33,000 bases of DNA, taken from assembly GCF_001194135.2 (NCBI RefSeq), contig NC_068992.1, forward strand, positions 5,799,547 to 5,832,546, given 5' to 3'. How positions within the stretch are numbered: the first letter of the stretch is position 1; each line of letters starts with the position of its first letter. The position numbers and the translations under genes are program-made. Origin of the DNA: Octopus bimaculoides. Lineage: Eukaryota. Under the pieces are notes generated by a model that did no database searches, was not told where the DNA came from, and saw only the letters and a program-made list of their open reading frames with translations. This document shows positions 1 to 12,240 of this stretch, piece after piece.

Positions 1-326
1 TAATATGAATAAATATGTTACTGTCTATGAGTTGTGTGTGTGAATATACGTAGCTCTGTGTTCGAGTCAGTATGCCGCTCGTGTATATATGCCATCTTTA
101 TTAGTCTACTTTCAACACCTGGTCTACTATTCAAAACGTTTGTATTATACCACATTTTTTCTTTTTTCTTTCATTGTTGACACTGTAAAACAAAAATATA
201 GACATTTAGTAACAGTGTTTAGACACATAATATAATAGCTCAAGTCTCTTCAGAGTAACTTCCATTCCTAACGGGCAGGGGATAAAATAATGTTGTTTTG
301 TTTAAAACGGTCATAGCAAAGATATA

Positions 327-366
327 TTAACTTCCTTTATAAAATACTGTAATGGAAATTTCCTTC
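327..366 (-). CDS. Candidate terminal coding exon of the minus-strand gene (KEISITVFYKGS*)
   Basis: Strong acceptor cttcctcacattcatgtttcag; phase-2 start fits the candidate upstream exon; TAA at 329-327; minus-strand AATAAA at 102-97. Very short, so it could be chance. Confidence 0.25.
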
Positions 367-889
367 CTGAAACATGAATGTGAGGAAGACAAATATTTTG
401 TAAGGATATAGACAAGGCCATTATTTAAGGTATTGAAATAGAGACAAATAGGTATAACATATATTACTACCAGCGGAGTTTAAGGTTATGTACAATGAAG
501 TGTATAAAAAGAGAGGTTCAAAACTTTATTACTTCAAAAGAATCCATCTACCGCAAGACATATATAAGGTATTCCTGAAACCATTTTTTTATGTCGTTGA
601 GATATAAAACTTTTGTCAAAATGATATATTCTTCTCAACAACTGAGAGAAGAGTGTCACTTATTTTCTTTTCTCGCCCCAGTGAAGGATGGAAGTCCTAG
701 AAAATGGAACTTTAAACAGTTTGCGATGATATTTTTCATGGACGAATCATTCTGAATGTAATTTCGTATCTTCAGTTCATTAGTGCAATATTGGTCTACT
801 TCGGTTCCTGATATTATTTTCAGGTGTAAATTAGTATGTAACTTTTTAAATAATACAGGCCGTTAATATTGACCCCGTTGTTTTTTTAC

Positions 890-1085
890 CTCTGTCTTCT
901 GTAACTTCTACGCAAAAAGAAATTCTTCCTGAGAATTACGCAACTGGTACATTTTTTTTTCAAAATGCAAGGATTTAACTCAACTGATGATAATGATTGA
1001 TTCGTCAGTTGTTTAGTACAACCAAGGTTTACATCTTCCATGCATCGCAAGTCGATCCTGTGACCCCTAAAATCTTTTCGGACAA
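890..1085 (-). CDS. Candidate internal exon (VRKDFRGHRIDLRCMEDVNLGCTKQ...RRSYRRQ)
   Basis: 64 open codons, phase 1 to 2, donor AG|GTAAAA; acceptor (gaagatcag) is weak. Confidence 0.25.
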
Positions 1086-1169
1086 CTGATCTTCAATATG
1101 ATCCGATTTACCCACTTTTCTATAGGTAGTTTACGGATCTGTTTCCCTGTATTTTATTGATTAGCTTAC

Positions 1170-1247
1170 AATGTGCAGCAGTGAATTGTAATAGTAATTG
1201 GTACATATCTTCAACGAAGAGGACATAGATATCGAATATCATATGAG
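1170..1247 (-). CDS. Internal exon (HMIFDIYVLFVEDMYQLLLQFTAAH) of an unidentified minus-strand gene
   Basis: Acceptor tttccatgtttag, donor GTAAGC, 78 bp, only one frame open, phase 1 to 1. Confidence 0.55.
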
Positions 1248-1528
1248 CTAAACATGGAAATATCTGAATTTACTAAATATGTACAATGGTTTTCTGCCTT
1301 CCTCGTTCATTTTCTCTGTTGAATAAAAGGTTATATTCTGATAACTACTTTGAACCAACACTTCCTTAGCACAGAAATAGTAACAGAATTTTCATCTAAT
1401 GCTGGTCTAGATTAATTCAATGGCGACACGGTTTGCCACCGAGAACGATGTGTGGTCAACCAACAGAATATAAATCAGCACCTGACGCAAACAATATTAC
1501 AATATCAAACGCCAATGATAATGATTTA

Positions 1529-1567
1529 CCAGAATTTAACCCAGAATTAAACCCAGAATTAAACCCA
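1529..1567 (+). repeat. 12-bp tandem repeat CCAGAATT(T/A)AAC x3 plus a partial fourth unit
   Basis: Read directly: ccagaatttaac ccagaattaaac ccagaattaaac cca. Confidence 0.9.
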
Positions 1568-1766
1568 ATAACATATTTCGATAAAGTAGTGGTGTACGAC
1601 GGTCGAGTTACCCATCAAGAAACACCTGGCACCCAAGCACATCAGAGCTGCTCAGTTAGATTTTTCTTGTTGGAATCGTAAATATGAAAGTGAAAACGTG
1701 TATTAGATGATGTTTATAGTACTTTTGCTTGAACAGAGATGTACTACTTCAAAGAAATGTAACTTA

Positions 1767-2015
1767 AGCGTGGCTGTGTGGTAAATAGCTTGCTTACCAT
1801 CCACATGGTTCAGGGTTCAGTCCCACTGCGTGGCACCTTGAGCAAGTGTCTTCTACTAAAGCCTGGGGCCGACCAAAGCCTTGTGAGTGGATTTCGTAGA
1901 CGGAAACTGAAAGAAGACTGTCGTATATNNNNNNNNNNNNNNNNNNNNNNNNNNNNNNNNNNNNNNNNNNNNNNNNNNNNNNNNNNNNNNNNNNNNNNNN
2001 NNNNNNNNNNNNNNN

Positions 2016-2089
<74 letters not shown>

Positions 2090-2320
2090 GTATGTATGTA
2101 TGTATGTATGTATGTATGCTTGTATATGTTTGTGTGTCTGCATTTGTTCCCCCACCATCGCTTGACAACCGATGCTGGTGTGTTTACGTCCCCTTAACTT
2201 AGCGATTTGGCAAAAGAGACCGATAGAATAAGTACTAGGCTTACAAAGAATAAGCGTATTGTCGATTTTCTCGACTAAAAACGGTGCTCTAGCATGGCCG
2301 CAGTCAAAATGACTCAAACC
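1767..2320 (+). mobile_element. tRNA-derived SINE (family 1) with an internal (TA)/(TG)/(TATG) microsatellite and an assembly gap
   Basis: A-box-like TGGCTGTGTGG (1771-1781), B-box-like GGTTCAGTCCC (1814-1824), CCTTGAGCAAGTG motif as in CORE/V-type SINE bodies, 3' tail GGTGCTCTAGCATGGCCGCAGTC; a second degenerate copy lies at 26671. Confidence 0.85.
1929..2015. other. Assembly gap (87 N) inside a microsatellite
   Basis: N run flanked by TA/TG repeats. Confidence 0.99.
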
Positions 2321-4213
2321 AATGACAGAATATATGAATATATAGAATGTCTCATGCAAGATAATTTCGAAAATAATCGTATATAGGGAAACCACCAGCC
2401 CGAAATTCAAATTCCGGGGTGTTGCTACTTCCAATATTGAAACTTTAACTATATGGTCCAATTCCATCCGCTTCATTTAACTACAGCACAGAACAGCCAC
2501 ACTGTGATGTTTCGGACGTAGATGCTAACTTGTTGGTAGTCTGCATCCTGGTTTTATCAAGGTGGTCACTGGACATTAATGTATCAATTACAGCGCATTG
2601 TTGTTTTCATATAATATATTATACGCGGATATTTGTGCAGTATTTGTATGCCAGATGTAATTATATTTTATAGACGATCAGAAACTATTGAAATCCAAAA
2701 TTAACACTGAAAAAGAGTCCAGTTCTCTCAGAATATATTCACGTTCTCCAACATTATGTATGTAGATGTACATAAATGAAAGCAATTTCTATTAATCTGT
2801 GTTATTAGTTGTTCAGAATATGAATTCTGCAAAAAAGAAAAAGAAACACCGTTTCCAAACTGCGTTTTCAAAATATTCACCGAAAACTCATTAAACCACT
2901 AAGTATTAGTTTTCTTGTTAATGCAAGTGTAATGGAGTCTGAAGTTATGAATTGGGCACAGATCGGAAATAATATCTGTTTATTTTATACAAAACCTGCA
3001 TGACATGAGAGTGTAATGAGATAGAGTAGACACATGAGAAAAAGTTCTGAATGAATAGAATTAAAAAAATGGATAAAATATGATGATGTGTTTGTTATTG
3101 GTGTTATCGCCTTTAATGATAATATTGATTTTTTTAGTGGTGGCCGTGGCAGTAACGTTTTGTTGTCTGCTGCAACCAAAAGGGACCATCATCCAAGCAT
3201 CTAGTTGATATTTGCTATGCTATTAGTTGCAAATGTATACGATAAAGCGGCAAATTCACTTGATGATAACTTCAAAGATTGTGTAAAAATTGAAAGGAAA
3301 ACAAATATATTAAACGTAAAAACCTTATCATGAAGACATGTATTAGTATAGTGTATTTAATCTAAATAAATCACCGGGGAACGGGTCACTCAAAAGTGAG
3401 ATTGAAGAATAAATGGAACTACTAACAGAACTGAAAATCGGAAAATCTTTCTCAAAGACATCATCACTAGCGATGCATTTGTTATTATTCCAAGGAGAGA
3501 GAGAGATGATGTGAAACTAGTCATCTACTTATAAATTAATACCACTACTCTCGTCTATAGTCGTCTTTCATTGGATACGTTTTATACCACTTTTTCATTC
3601 AAAACATCTCTGCATTGGAAAGAGAAAATCAATAATTTGGAAGCAAATACAAAATATGCTTTTCTTTTAGTTTTTATCAGTTTAACATTAAATTTCTATA
3701 TATAATTTAAATATCTTCTGGGATCCAACAGCATATAAAATCAGGTTTGCCTCAATACGTAATGTTTATTTATGAAAGAATAATCGAGAATTTTATCGAA
3801 CATTTCTTTCTATGTAAGATTTCCTGTCTAGGTGTGGCAATTCACAATATCAAACATCTTTTTTTCTTTTCTTAAACACATACCATTTTAAACTGCTTAA
3901 AACCAACTGAGGAAACAACAAATCTAAGAAAATTAGTGAAGTGTTAAAGAACACCTCAAGGTAAATTTTCTGATTCTTGTAGCTTATTGTTTGCTCGTTT
4001 TCTTTCTATTTTGTACCAAAATTTCCTTTGCATCAGTTACGGCACCACGTCAAAAATGCGACACGTGACTTTAAAATATTCCTCTTCGGTTTCTCAAATG
4101 CAATGAAGCAGAATCTTCCCGTCTTCCTTTCTTTAAACATTCTCCCTGTTGCACTCTTGGACCAAACGATAACGGCAAAATTTACACATGCGCATACTGC
4201 CACAAATGCATAC

Positions 4214-4482
4214 ACATAGAAGCACAGACAGGATTTTGTGTAAGCAAAAATCCACCATAGTCAATGAGGGATCGTATAAACGCAATGAGTAGATTCAATC
4301 GTGGAGATATCTTTCGTGGGAGGGAGGAACAGCCTGAGATTTTCGTGCAAAACAACAAATTTCCAATGCAGACACGACCGATGCAATATACTACCGATGC
4401 CATCAGATTGCCTGTGACATAGGCAATTCTGACAAACACATTGATTTGTGGTAAATCTAAGGAAGGTAAATTTTGCCATAAC
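4214..4482 (-). CDS. Candidate internal exon (LWQNLPSLDLPQINVFVRIAYVTGNLMASVV...LLTQNPVCASM)
   Basis: 269 bp open and GC-elevated; acceptor atatacag, donor GTATGC; phase 2 to 1 joins the 4624-4753 and 1170-1247 exons. A plus-strand frame is also open for 52 codons, so a TE remnant is not excluded. Confidence 0.4.
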
Positions 4483-4623
4483 CTGTATATGCATGCATGT
4501 ATGTATGTATGTATGTATTCATACATCTGATTATAAATGAGCGTATGTGTGAGTGTGAGTGTTTGTTTGTTATAATATAATATTCATATAAATTATTTAA
4601 ATTACAGATTTTAAATACATTAC

Positions 4624-4753
4624 AGTGAAAATTTCACTGCTTTATTCACAATATAGACAGTAGAGTAGAACGCCTTGAATAATTCAATGCTTTGGTGAAC
4701 ACTGAGAAGACAATATCCAACCTCATCATTCTGCTTCCAAAACGAATTCATAT
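4624..4753 (-). CDS. Candidate internal exon (MNSFWKQNDEVGYCLLSVHQSIELFKAFYSTVYIVNKAVKFS)
   Basis: Acceptor taccaatag, donor GTAATG, phase 1 to 2, consistent with both neighbours. Confidence 0.4.
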
Positions 4754-5244
4754 CTATTGGTATTTAAGCCAAATATAAGGACGAACTAACCATTATGACG
4801 CACTTATTTGTATCCTAATTCCCTCAATGGCTGCATAATTAGATAATTATGAAGTCTCTATATGCAAGAGGACATGTTAAAAAGCTAATGTAAATTTCAG
4901 TTAGAAATCTACAGATTTTAATTCTTCGCTGTAAGTCTAAACTTCCACGTAGAATATAAAAAGTGCATTTGCACTAATGTTAGTGATCTTCATGGGGTCA
5001 TCGATATACAAGAAATGACTTACATATTGGTATTCATATGGAGATTATTTACCGTAAGTGAAGATATAATCAACTTAGCACTTACTATGAATTAGACGTG
5101 ATACTTCGGTTCTAATGTAATAGAGTTAATATCTGAGTAAGACTCACACAAACAGATAGAAACATAACTATACATACATATTGACATGCGTATAAATATG
5201 AAAAATGTGTACTTATAACATGTAACACACATATATTATATACG

Positions 5245-5290
<46 letters not shown>

Positions 5291-5417
5291 TGTGTGTATG
5301 AGCCAAAACTAGACGCACACATACTTACACATGCACATATATGGATATGAACATGTTTCCCTCCCTCTCTAGAGCGCATTTATAAATACACACACACACA
5401 CACACACATACACACAG

Positions 5418-5474
<57 letters not shown>

Positions 5475-5476
5475 TA
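5245..5476. repeat. Compound (TA)n/(TG)n/(CA)n microsatellite
   Basis: Read directly; boundaries approximate. Confidence 0.95.
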
Positions 5477-6318
5477 GTAGTCAGAAGGTACGCGCATCAT
5501 TTCTACCTTTCCAGGTATAACAAAAATTATCTATCGCGAGATAACGTCAATGTGAATACTCTCGCAACTTGTATGCGCATGACGTGATACGAGGCGTCAG
5601 TTTATAGAAAATGACGTGACGTGATTGCGCTCAGAGATGATAAATTGTACATATCAATTATTCTCATTATGATTATTATTATTATTTATTACTAAGATGA
5701 CGGGTCATGTCGACATGACCTGAGTTTAGCTGAAAGGTACACGTTTTATAGAATACCGAATTACAAGGTAATTCAATGAATAGTGAATTCACTTGAAGAA
5801 ATTACTGGACGCTCATTTTATAAAATCGCACACACAAGCTGTCAGGAACAGCCACTCGTAGATGTAAACGCTTAGTTTTGGCGTGTTCTTACAACACGGC
5901 CTGTTGTGTCGGTTTTGTTATTCTCAGTGCTGACATGAAAACATTGGAAGCTTCTATTATATAACCAACGAACATCGGTATGTTTAGACAGAAACTGTGA
6001 CATGGAGGTGTGATAATAAATTTACCTTTTATTTCTGATGTTCAGCAAAATATAAACATGATATATTTTAGAAGGTAGTCGATAATATTATCAGAGATAT
6101 AATTTACATGCCATTCAACAAATTTTACTAAAATTTACGAAGAAACAAATCGTGGTGTGTCAAACGAAACGCCTCTCTCGCATTTCTTCTGGAAACGCTT
6201 TTCTGAAGAATAAATGATAATATAATCGTAATATGCTACATGAAGCAGGTATTTGTAGACGATCTTGTTAAAACTCTATAAGTTTCACAAATGATATGAA
6301 AGGAAAATTCATGGGTAC

Positions 6319-6377
6319 CTTGTTTTACTCGAGTGACGTAAGTTCCTTCGAACCACTTTTCATATTCTCCTTTATAT
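6319..6377 (-). CDS. Candidate small exon (YKGEYEKWFEGTYVTRVKQ)
   Basis: Donor AAG|GTACCC, phase 2 to 1 fits the chain; needs an uncommon GAG acceptor. Confidence 0.3.
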
Positions 6378-8115
6378 CTCGTTTACCATGCATAGTAAAT
6401 ATTGCAGGATTATATATATAAAATGCAGAAGAAAGTGCCGTTTCATTATTTGTGTTACAATTTTTTTTCAGAACAATAAACAGTGGTAATTTCAAATATC
6501 AGCCAATAAAAATTCCATTTGAGATGAAAACTTGTATGTAAAATATTCAATATTGAAAGCAGGTTTGAAACTTTAATAATTGCTTTCCATTAGTAAAAGT
6601 TATATAATCCAAACTAATTGCTAGGTAGCTTTACAAAGTATGAATAACCATATGCATTTAGGTATAAATATGTAAGCATAATAGATATATACATATATAC
6701 ACACAGACACACAGGCACTAATATATCTGTATGTATTATGCATGTATGCATATACATATGTGTGTGTTTGTGTATGTTTGTGTGTCTATTGTGATTCATA
6801 GTAAATAATTTTCACGTAATTTCACTTTTAATAATTCAAAAAATAAATAAAAGTTTCATATTTATAAGTAGGACACAGGCTGAAATAATGGTGTGAAACG
6901 CATATGTAATGTGACAAGAAAGTATATGGCATTTCAAGCGGCCACGAGAACGTTTACGTTATTCGATATCCGAATCTTTTTTCGGCTTCTTAGTGCCTCA
7001 GTTGATACCGTACCACGGTTTAACTCCAATCGTCTCACACACAAGTTATCCAAACGGACAAAATTCTAAGTTTAACAATGAACCAATCTCAAAATATATC
7101 TAATATAATAAGGATAATTTTTGTAAGTTTTCTTAGCATATATTAAATATGTTAATATATTAATAGCAAGATAAGTAAATACCGGAACGTAGAACTATTA
7201 TGTTTATTTTATTCGTTCTTAATCTTCAGACATCATCATAAGTTCAAACACAAAATTGAATTTTCTTAGACTATGGTAATTCTACACATCATTAAGCTCT
7301 AGTTAACATGACCTATCATTTACTATGCAGTCTCGTCATGTTCTCTTTTAAGACGTTACCGATCTGAACTTAACTATCATATACTTCATCGCATAGGCAG
7401 AAAATTTGAAAGTTTGAGGGAAGGGGCCTTGTTGACTGCAATGACCTCAGTGTTCATTGGCACCCGAAAGAGTAAAAGTCAAACGCATCGCGTGTTTTAT
7501 GCTCAGTTACTTAGTCGAACGGAATATGCATTTTGTCCGGCGTGCAAACTCTACTACCATCCTCTTTACCTTAATCAGGTGATTGTTATATCAGTAAGGA
7601 GAATTATTTAAAACTCTCTAGGCTTCGTAGTATTATAGTGGCATCTAGTTGGTGAGGGGGTCAGTCATTTGTATAATATAAATGTAGTTTTTCAATCTAT
7701 GAATGTTAAAAACTGTATAATGATGATATGGACTATATATTTCATAAATCACAATTATTGCCTTATATACCTGATACACCGTATTCAGTGTAGTTTTTAC
7801 AATATTTCACACATGTGGTTTCCCAAATGAGTAAGTGTCAACTAAGTATCTTCGATACATCAATCCAGATGTTATCGGTTTGTGTTGTTACATTATTTCG
7901 CTTTTATAATAAGGTACCTTTGAAATTGTAACCATAACTTATCCGTCAACGAAGTACGGAGATCACTCATCATGTTTTAAGTTTAAAAGTAATTGAAAAT
8001 TAAGATAATCAGCTACATAAAACAGTAATCATTTCTACAGATATCTAGAAGTGGGTGCCTCTATGCAGTTGTTCAGTGTAGTAGACGTATCAGCTCTTTT
8101 GGCTTTAATGCATAC

Positions 8116-8183
8116 GATATTGTCTTCAATACAGCTGGAAAACATGTCGATAATTCAGATATATATTGATCACAAGTAAAACA
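8116..8183 (-). CDS. Candidate small exon (CFTCDQYISELSTCFPAVLKTI)
   Basis: Acceptor ctttttaaactgatag, donor GTATGC, phase 0 to 2. Confidence 0.35.
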
Positions 8184-9037
8184 CTATCAGTTTAAAAAGT
8201 GAAAGCCTTTCGTCATAGTTTTGCTTAAATAAAACTATCACGTGACCAAACAACAGTCCAACTACAGTAACACTAATACCGTACGCCAAAGTCTACAGGA
8301 AGCTACTAATTGGGAGTTAAACCTACAAGAAATATCAGGCAAATCTTCGAGTGACTTAAATTAAACTGTTCTGTATAAATATAAGAAATATTACGTATTG
8401 TATCCTTAAATATATTACATGTATCATATCCCACCCAGTTGCATAGATCTTAAATCTGTTTGGGAATAGTTCTACTGTATAAAAGTTGTGTCGGTAATAA
8501 ACAGAAACGTAACATATTCAATCATTATGCCTCTCGCTAGTAGAGATTAAAAATAATTAATGCTAATACAGTTCTATGCATGATGATCAATCAGAATTAT
8601 GTTCCCACACAACTATAATCGCTTCGTGTTACAGAGTATTCAAAACATATGAAGATTCATTACAAATGAAAATTCGTCTTCAGCTTCCACTCAAACGTGT
8701 CCGTTACAGCATCGGCCAAAAAACATTGCGCATTTACTGCCGAACCTTGCGTTCACAGTGTTCAAATTGCGGTGAGATCAGGTTTGTCTTTCCTCCATCA
8801 TAAGACGATAGATTAAGGTACATTTCAAGAGTGAGAAAATGTAGAAAAGCTTAAAACTTAAAACAGGGGAATAAGCTTCGATTCTTAATTCTTTAATTTA
8901 AAATTTTCGCTTTTACTGAAGTGGGTGATAGACATAATCTAGTGCCTAGTGCAACACTCCTCCCCAGGGCCTCAGTTCATTTTTCAACCTCAACTCTGCA
9001 GCAAATATTCGAGCCAGGCCTTGAATTTAAGGATTAC

Positions 9038-9116
9038 TTCCTCTTTTCCTTCCATTAATCTCGGAGCTGCTATAAAGGCCGTACATAACTCTACCATCAA
9101 ATCTTTTGAAGTATAC
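9038..9116 (-). CDS. Candidate exon (YTSKDLMVELCTAFIAAPRLMEGKEE)
   Basis: Acceptor ctttcaacatgctag, donor GAA|GTAATC, phase 2 to 0; a second frame is also open. Confidence 0.45.
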
Positions 9117-11184
9117 CTAGCATGTTGAAAGACACAATAGGTGATGCTCATTGCTTTGACTCGCATTGATTTCAGATATTGCGCACGTTTCTGCTATTCT
9201 TAAATATACTTGGTACTTATTAGAAACAGCCAGCTCATTATGATGACAAAGCACTTCTTGACATCGATGAGTGCGCGTTTTCTACATATTATGTATTTCT
9301 CTATCGTTCTGCCTACAAAGTTATTTTTCTACACATTGGAAGAACATACTTTGGAAGCATGGCATTTTAGGGAAACGACTTCATAGGTTCCTTGAAATAA
9401 ATCATTCAAACATTGGGATAGCTACATTCATGAAATATTTAATGTGCGCATAAACGTGCCAATATACACATAAAATGTCAACCTAACTTCATTGAAATGT
9501 TCATAGCCACTAATCTCTGTTGGAGTAAAGTGACACATTGTGTGAACCCGTTTTCATTAAACTTCTCTGTCAGCAACTACTTTTACTGTTTACAATACAA
9601 TGCGCATTTTAAATCCTTCTATGTACACTAAAATGTCCTGTCTGCAATGAAAATCTCTGTCCACATTACAAAATAATCCTTACAATAAAATGCTCTGTCA
9701 ATATTAAAAAGTCCAGCGTTGAATTGAAAGTTGTGTCTACAATATAATATGTCGCCTGCATTGAAACATCATCCTCACAAATTATTTAGTAATCAATCAC
9801 ATGTTCGAACAACCGTTCTCTCGAAGAGACCGTACATGACTCTACCATCAAATTTTAATTCCAATTTTGATATTGATAGTATTGTATACAATCTAATCAC
9901 GCATATGTTTACTGCAATAAATTTATGTTTATTCTGGTTTACTTTACATTCTGTGTCTGCCATATTGGATTATTAACAAATTATTTCATTTAATCACATT
10001 ATGTATGTGTTTATACTCGCATATATACATTTATATTCACGCATGCATATATTCTCATATGCACACATTTATGTTTGCAGAAATTTGCAACTAGATGTCT
10101 CCTAAAGGGAATTTCGAAAAAAATGTGATTTTTTAATATTTTATTTAATGTGTTTTTGGAAAACTATTTTTAATAAAAGTAGCTTTGCTGCTTCTCAGCG
10201 AAATATGTTGTTTTGTTTCTTATTTGGATATTATTCCCATGTTCTAGTGGGAAATTTCTTTGAAAGGAAATAGTAATTTAAAACAATGTTATTGTGTAAT
10301 TAGCTACCATGCTGGAAAAACTTCTTTTTTTTTTTCATAATTGATTTCTCTCTTTATTATTTGAATTAAATTATATTTTAAGTTTCGTTTGAGTATTTTT
10401 GTTTTGTTTTTGTTATTTCATTGTATGCTCCTTTAATATTTTTGATTCCCAGTGATTTTCCAAACACATAATTTCTGTAATCTCTCTCCAACCCTATCAA
10501 AACAAGATCGTCAGTTTTGTGTTAATCTCGCGCTACAGTTACATTGATTCTTTCTTTCTTTTTCTTTGCCGTTTTCCACGTCATATGACTATTTTCCAAT
10601 GTGCTGTGCTACAGAAATAACGTATAAGTGAAAAATACCAAATAATTTGGTTTCTCTCAGAATTTACTCCATGCAGTTAACGGATAATGAAGTTAAATTA
10701 ATTTTCTCGGTTTTTATTAGCGATACTGGATGACACTTCCCTGATGTGGATTTATTTCAATGTAAGCATCGGCCTATTGGTTGTCAGATGATGCACCTGC
10801 ACATTGAAGTGACAAAACAATTTCAGTGTTTGTTGTTATAGTTTCAAATTAGTGTCATCCTAATCATTCACCGACATTAAATGGGAAATTAACTTCAAGA
10901 AAAACATTGTCCAGTGACAACCACATCTTAATTAAAATAATTCTGGTTACTGCAACGATGTTCATTTCAAACCTTAGCGCAAGGTTTCGAATAATATCAT
11001 TTGTAATACATGGAAATATGAATATTTACTGCAGATATCATTGAACAAATCATTGCATCTGATAGTAAATAACTCACAAAATGTCATCTACATACGTGAA
11101 GACCCCTAGTTAAGAAAGGTTAATCTGTCACCGATGAGAAGAAGGGATACCTGCTCGTTCATGAGACCTTACAAAATTTCTTAC

Positions 11185-11331
11185 AATGCATAGACTTTTG
11201 TAAATGTCAAACGAGGTAAGAGACGACACCAGATTATTTGGGACAAACGAAGAACTACTTGATTGCAAATGGATAAAATACGTAGACGTTCCTGCAAACG
11301 ATGTTCCTGGTTAGGAGCGAACGCACAACCG
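11185..11331 (-). CDS. Candidate exon (GCAFAPNQEHRLQERLRILSICNQVVLRLSQIIWCRLLPRLTFTKVYA)
   Basis: Strong donor GTAAGA at 11184; lies within the supplied 11181-11363 ORF. The 5' boundary is ambiguous (AG acceptors before 11331, 11306, 11291); 11331 gives the phase needed to join exon 14678-14891. Confidence 0.4.
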
Positions 11332-11940
11332 CTGCAGTCAGGCTGCAACAGTTCTCCAAACATTATTCAGACAAGTGGCACTGCCTTAATACTGATCTAC
11401 TTACAAGTTTAAACCTATAACTAATTGCTTAACAGTCTAGGAATGCGATGATTAGCTCGTAAAAGATCACTAACTCAATATATATATATACAGAAGAGAA
11501 GAAATACTTATGAGCCTAGTTTGTAAACGTCACACTAAAATTCACTGATAACAAATTATCCTATCTTTTCAAAGAATGATGGATAGAGAAGCACTATTAA
11601 TTACTTATCTTAAGAGAACACATCACATATATTGTGTATATGATGGTGGTAAGAAAAAAACGTTCATTATATGTGTGTATCCGCGCGAGTTTCTTTATGA
11701 TTGTAAGATCTAAAGATATAGGTGTAGGAAGCTTGTATGCTTCGAGCATTACTTTGTAGGTATAAATAGAAAAACAACTTTCAGGGATGCAAATTGATTT
11801 TGGCATAGGGGTGTCTAGGTTTCTCCTATATCGAAGTTCTATAAGCTGACGAAATATTTGTACAGTTCATGGCTATGAATAAGAAGTAAAATCCGGTGAG
11901 CATCTTGGGATTCCTTATGTATGCATTTATGTATTATGTA

Positions 11941-12119
11941 CCGCAATTTAACTTGTATAAGGATCCCTTCTTTGTAAAAAAATTAGACTACAATCTATGT
12001 GAGTTTCTCATACATGGTTAATAAAATAATCCCTTACAAAACATTTTTTACAAATATTTATTCCCCAAAATTCGGGTTTTCCTTATACACAAGGGTTCCT
12101 TATGCACGTTAAAATACGG
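11941..12119. mobile_element. MITE (179 bp), Tc1/mariner superfamily (Tc2/pogo-like), TA target-site duplication
   Basis: Left end CCGCAATTTAACTTGTATAAGGATCCCTT versus reverse complement of right end CCGTATTTTAACGTGCATAAGGAACCCTT, 24/29 identical; TA at 11939-11940 and 12120-12121; no coding capacity. Confidence 0.8.
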
Positions 12120-12184
12120 TATATGGTTGCATCTAAGATTCAACAAGTGTACTGGGAGTGTTTTTTTTTTGTTTTTATTTTTCT

Positions 12185-12240
12185 ATTTATGGACATTCGA
12201 AAGATGACATGCAAATTTGGTCGCCGTGAAATTCGAACTA
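12185..12240 (-). mobile_element. Old SINE family 2 fragment
   Basis: Reverse complement TAGTTCGAATTTCACGGCGACCAAATTTGCATGTCATCTTTCGAATGTCCATAAAT aligns by eye (roughly 70%) to the B-box and central part of the 13177 copy. Confidence 0.55.

Noticed and set aside
682-756. Plus-strand KDGSPRKWNFKQFAMIFFMDESF*, resembling the first catalytic-Asp motif of Tc1 (W..V.FSDES.F)
   Set aside because: Too short, with no second motif or TIR; could be chance.
1529-1567. Short direct repeats as a CRISPR-like array
   Set aside because: 12-bp units with no spacers, eukaryotic context, no cas genes.
6950-7070. Minus-strand exon-like segment NFVRLDNLCVRRLELNRG...
   Set aside because: Phase 0 to 0 does not fit between the phase-2 neighbours, and the opposite strand is equally open.
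8576-8803. 75-aa plus ORF or a possible mariner remnant on the minus strand
   Set aside because: No convincing motif in any frame and no splice signals.
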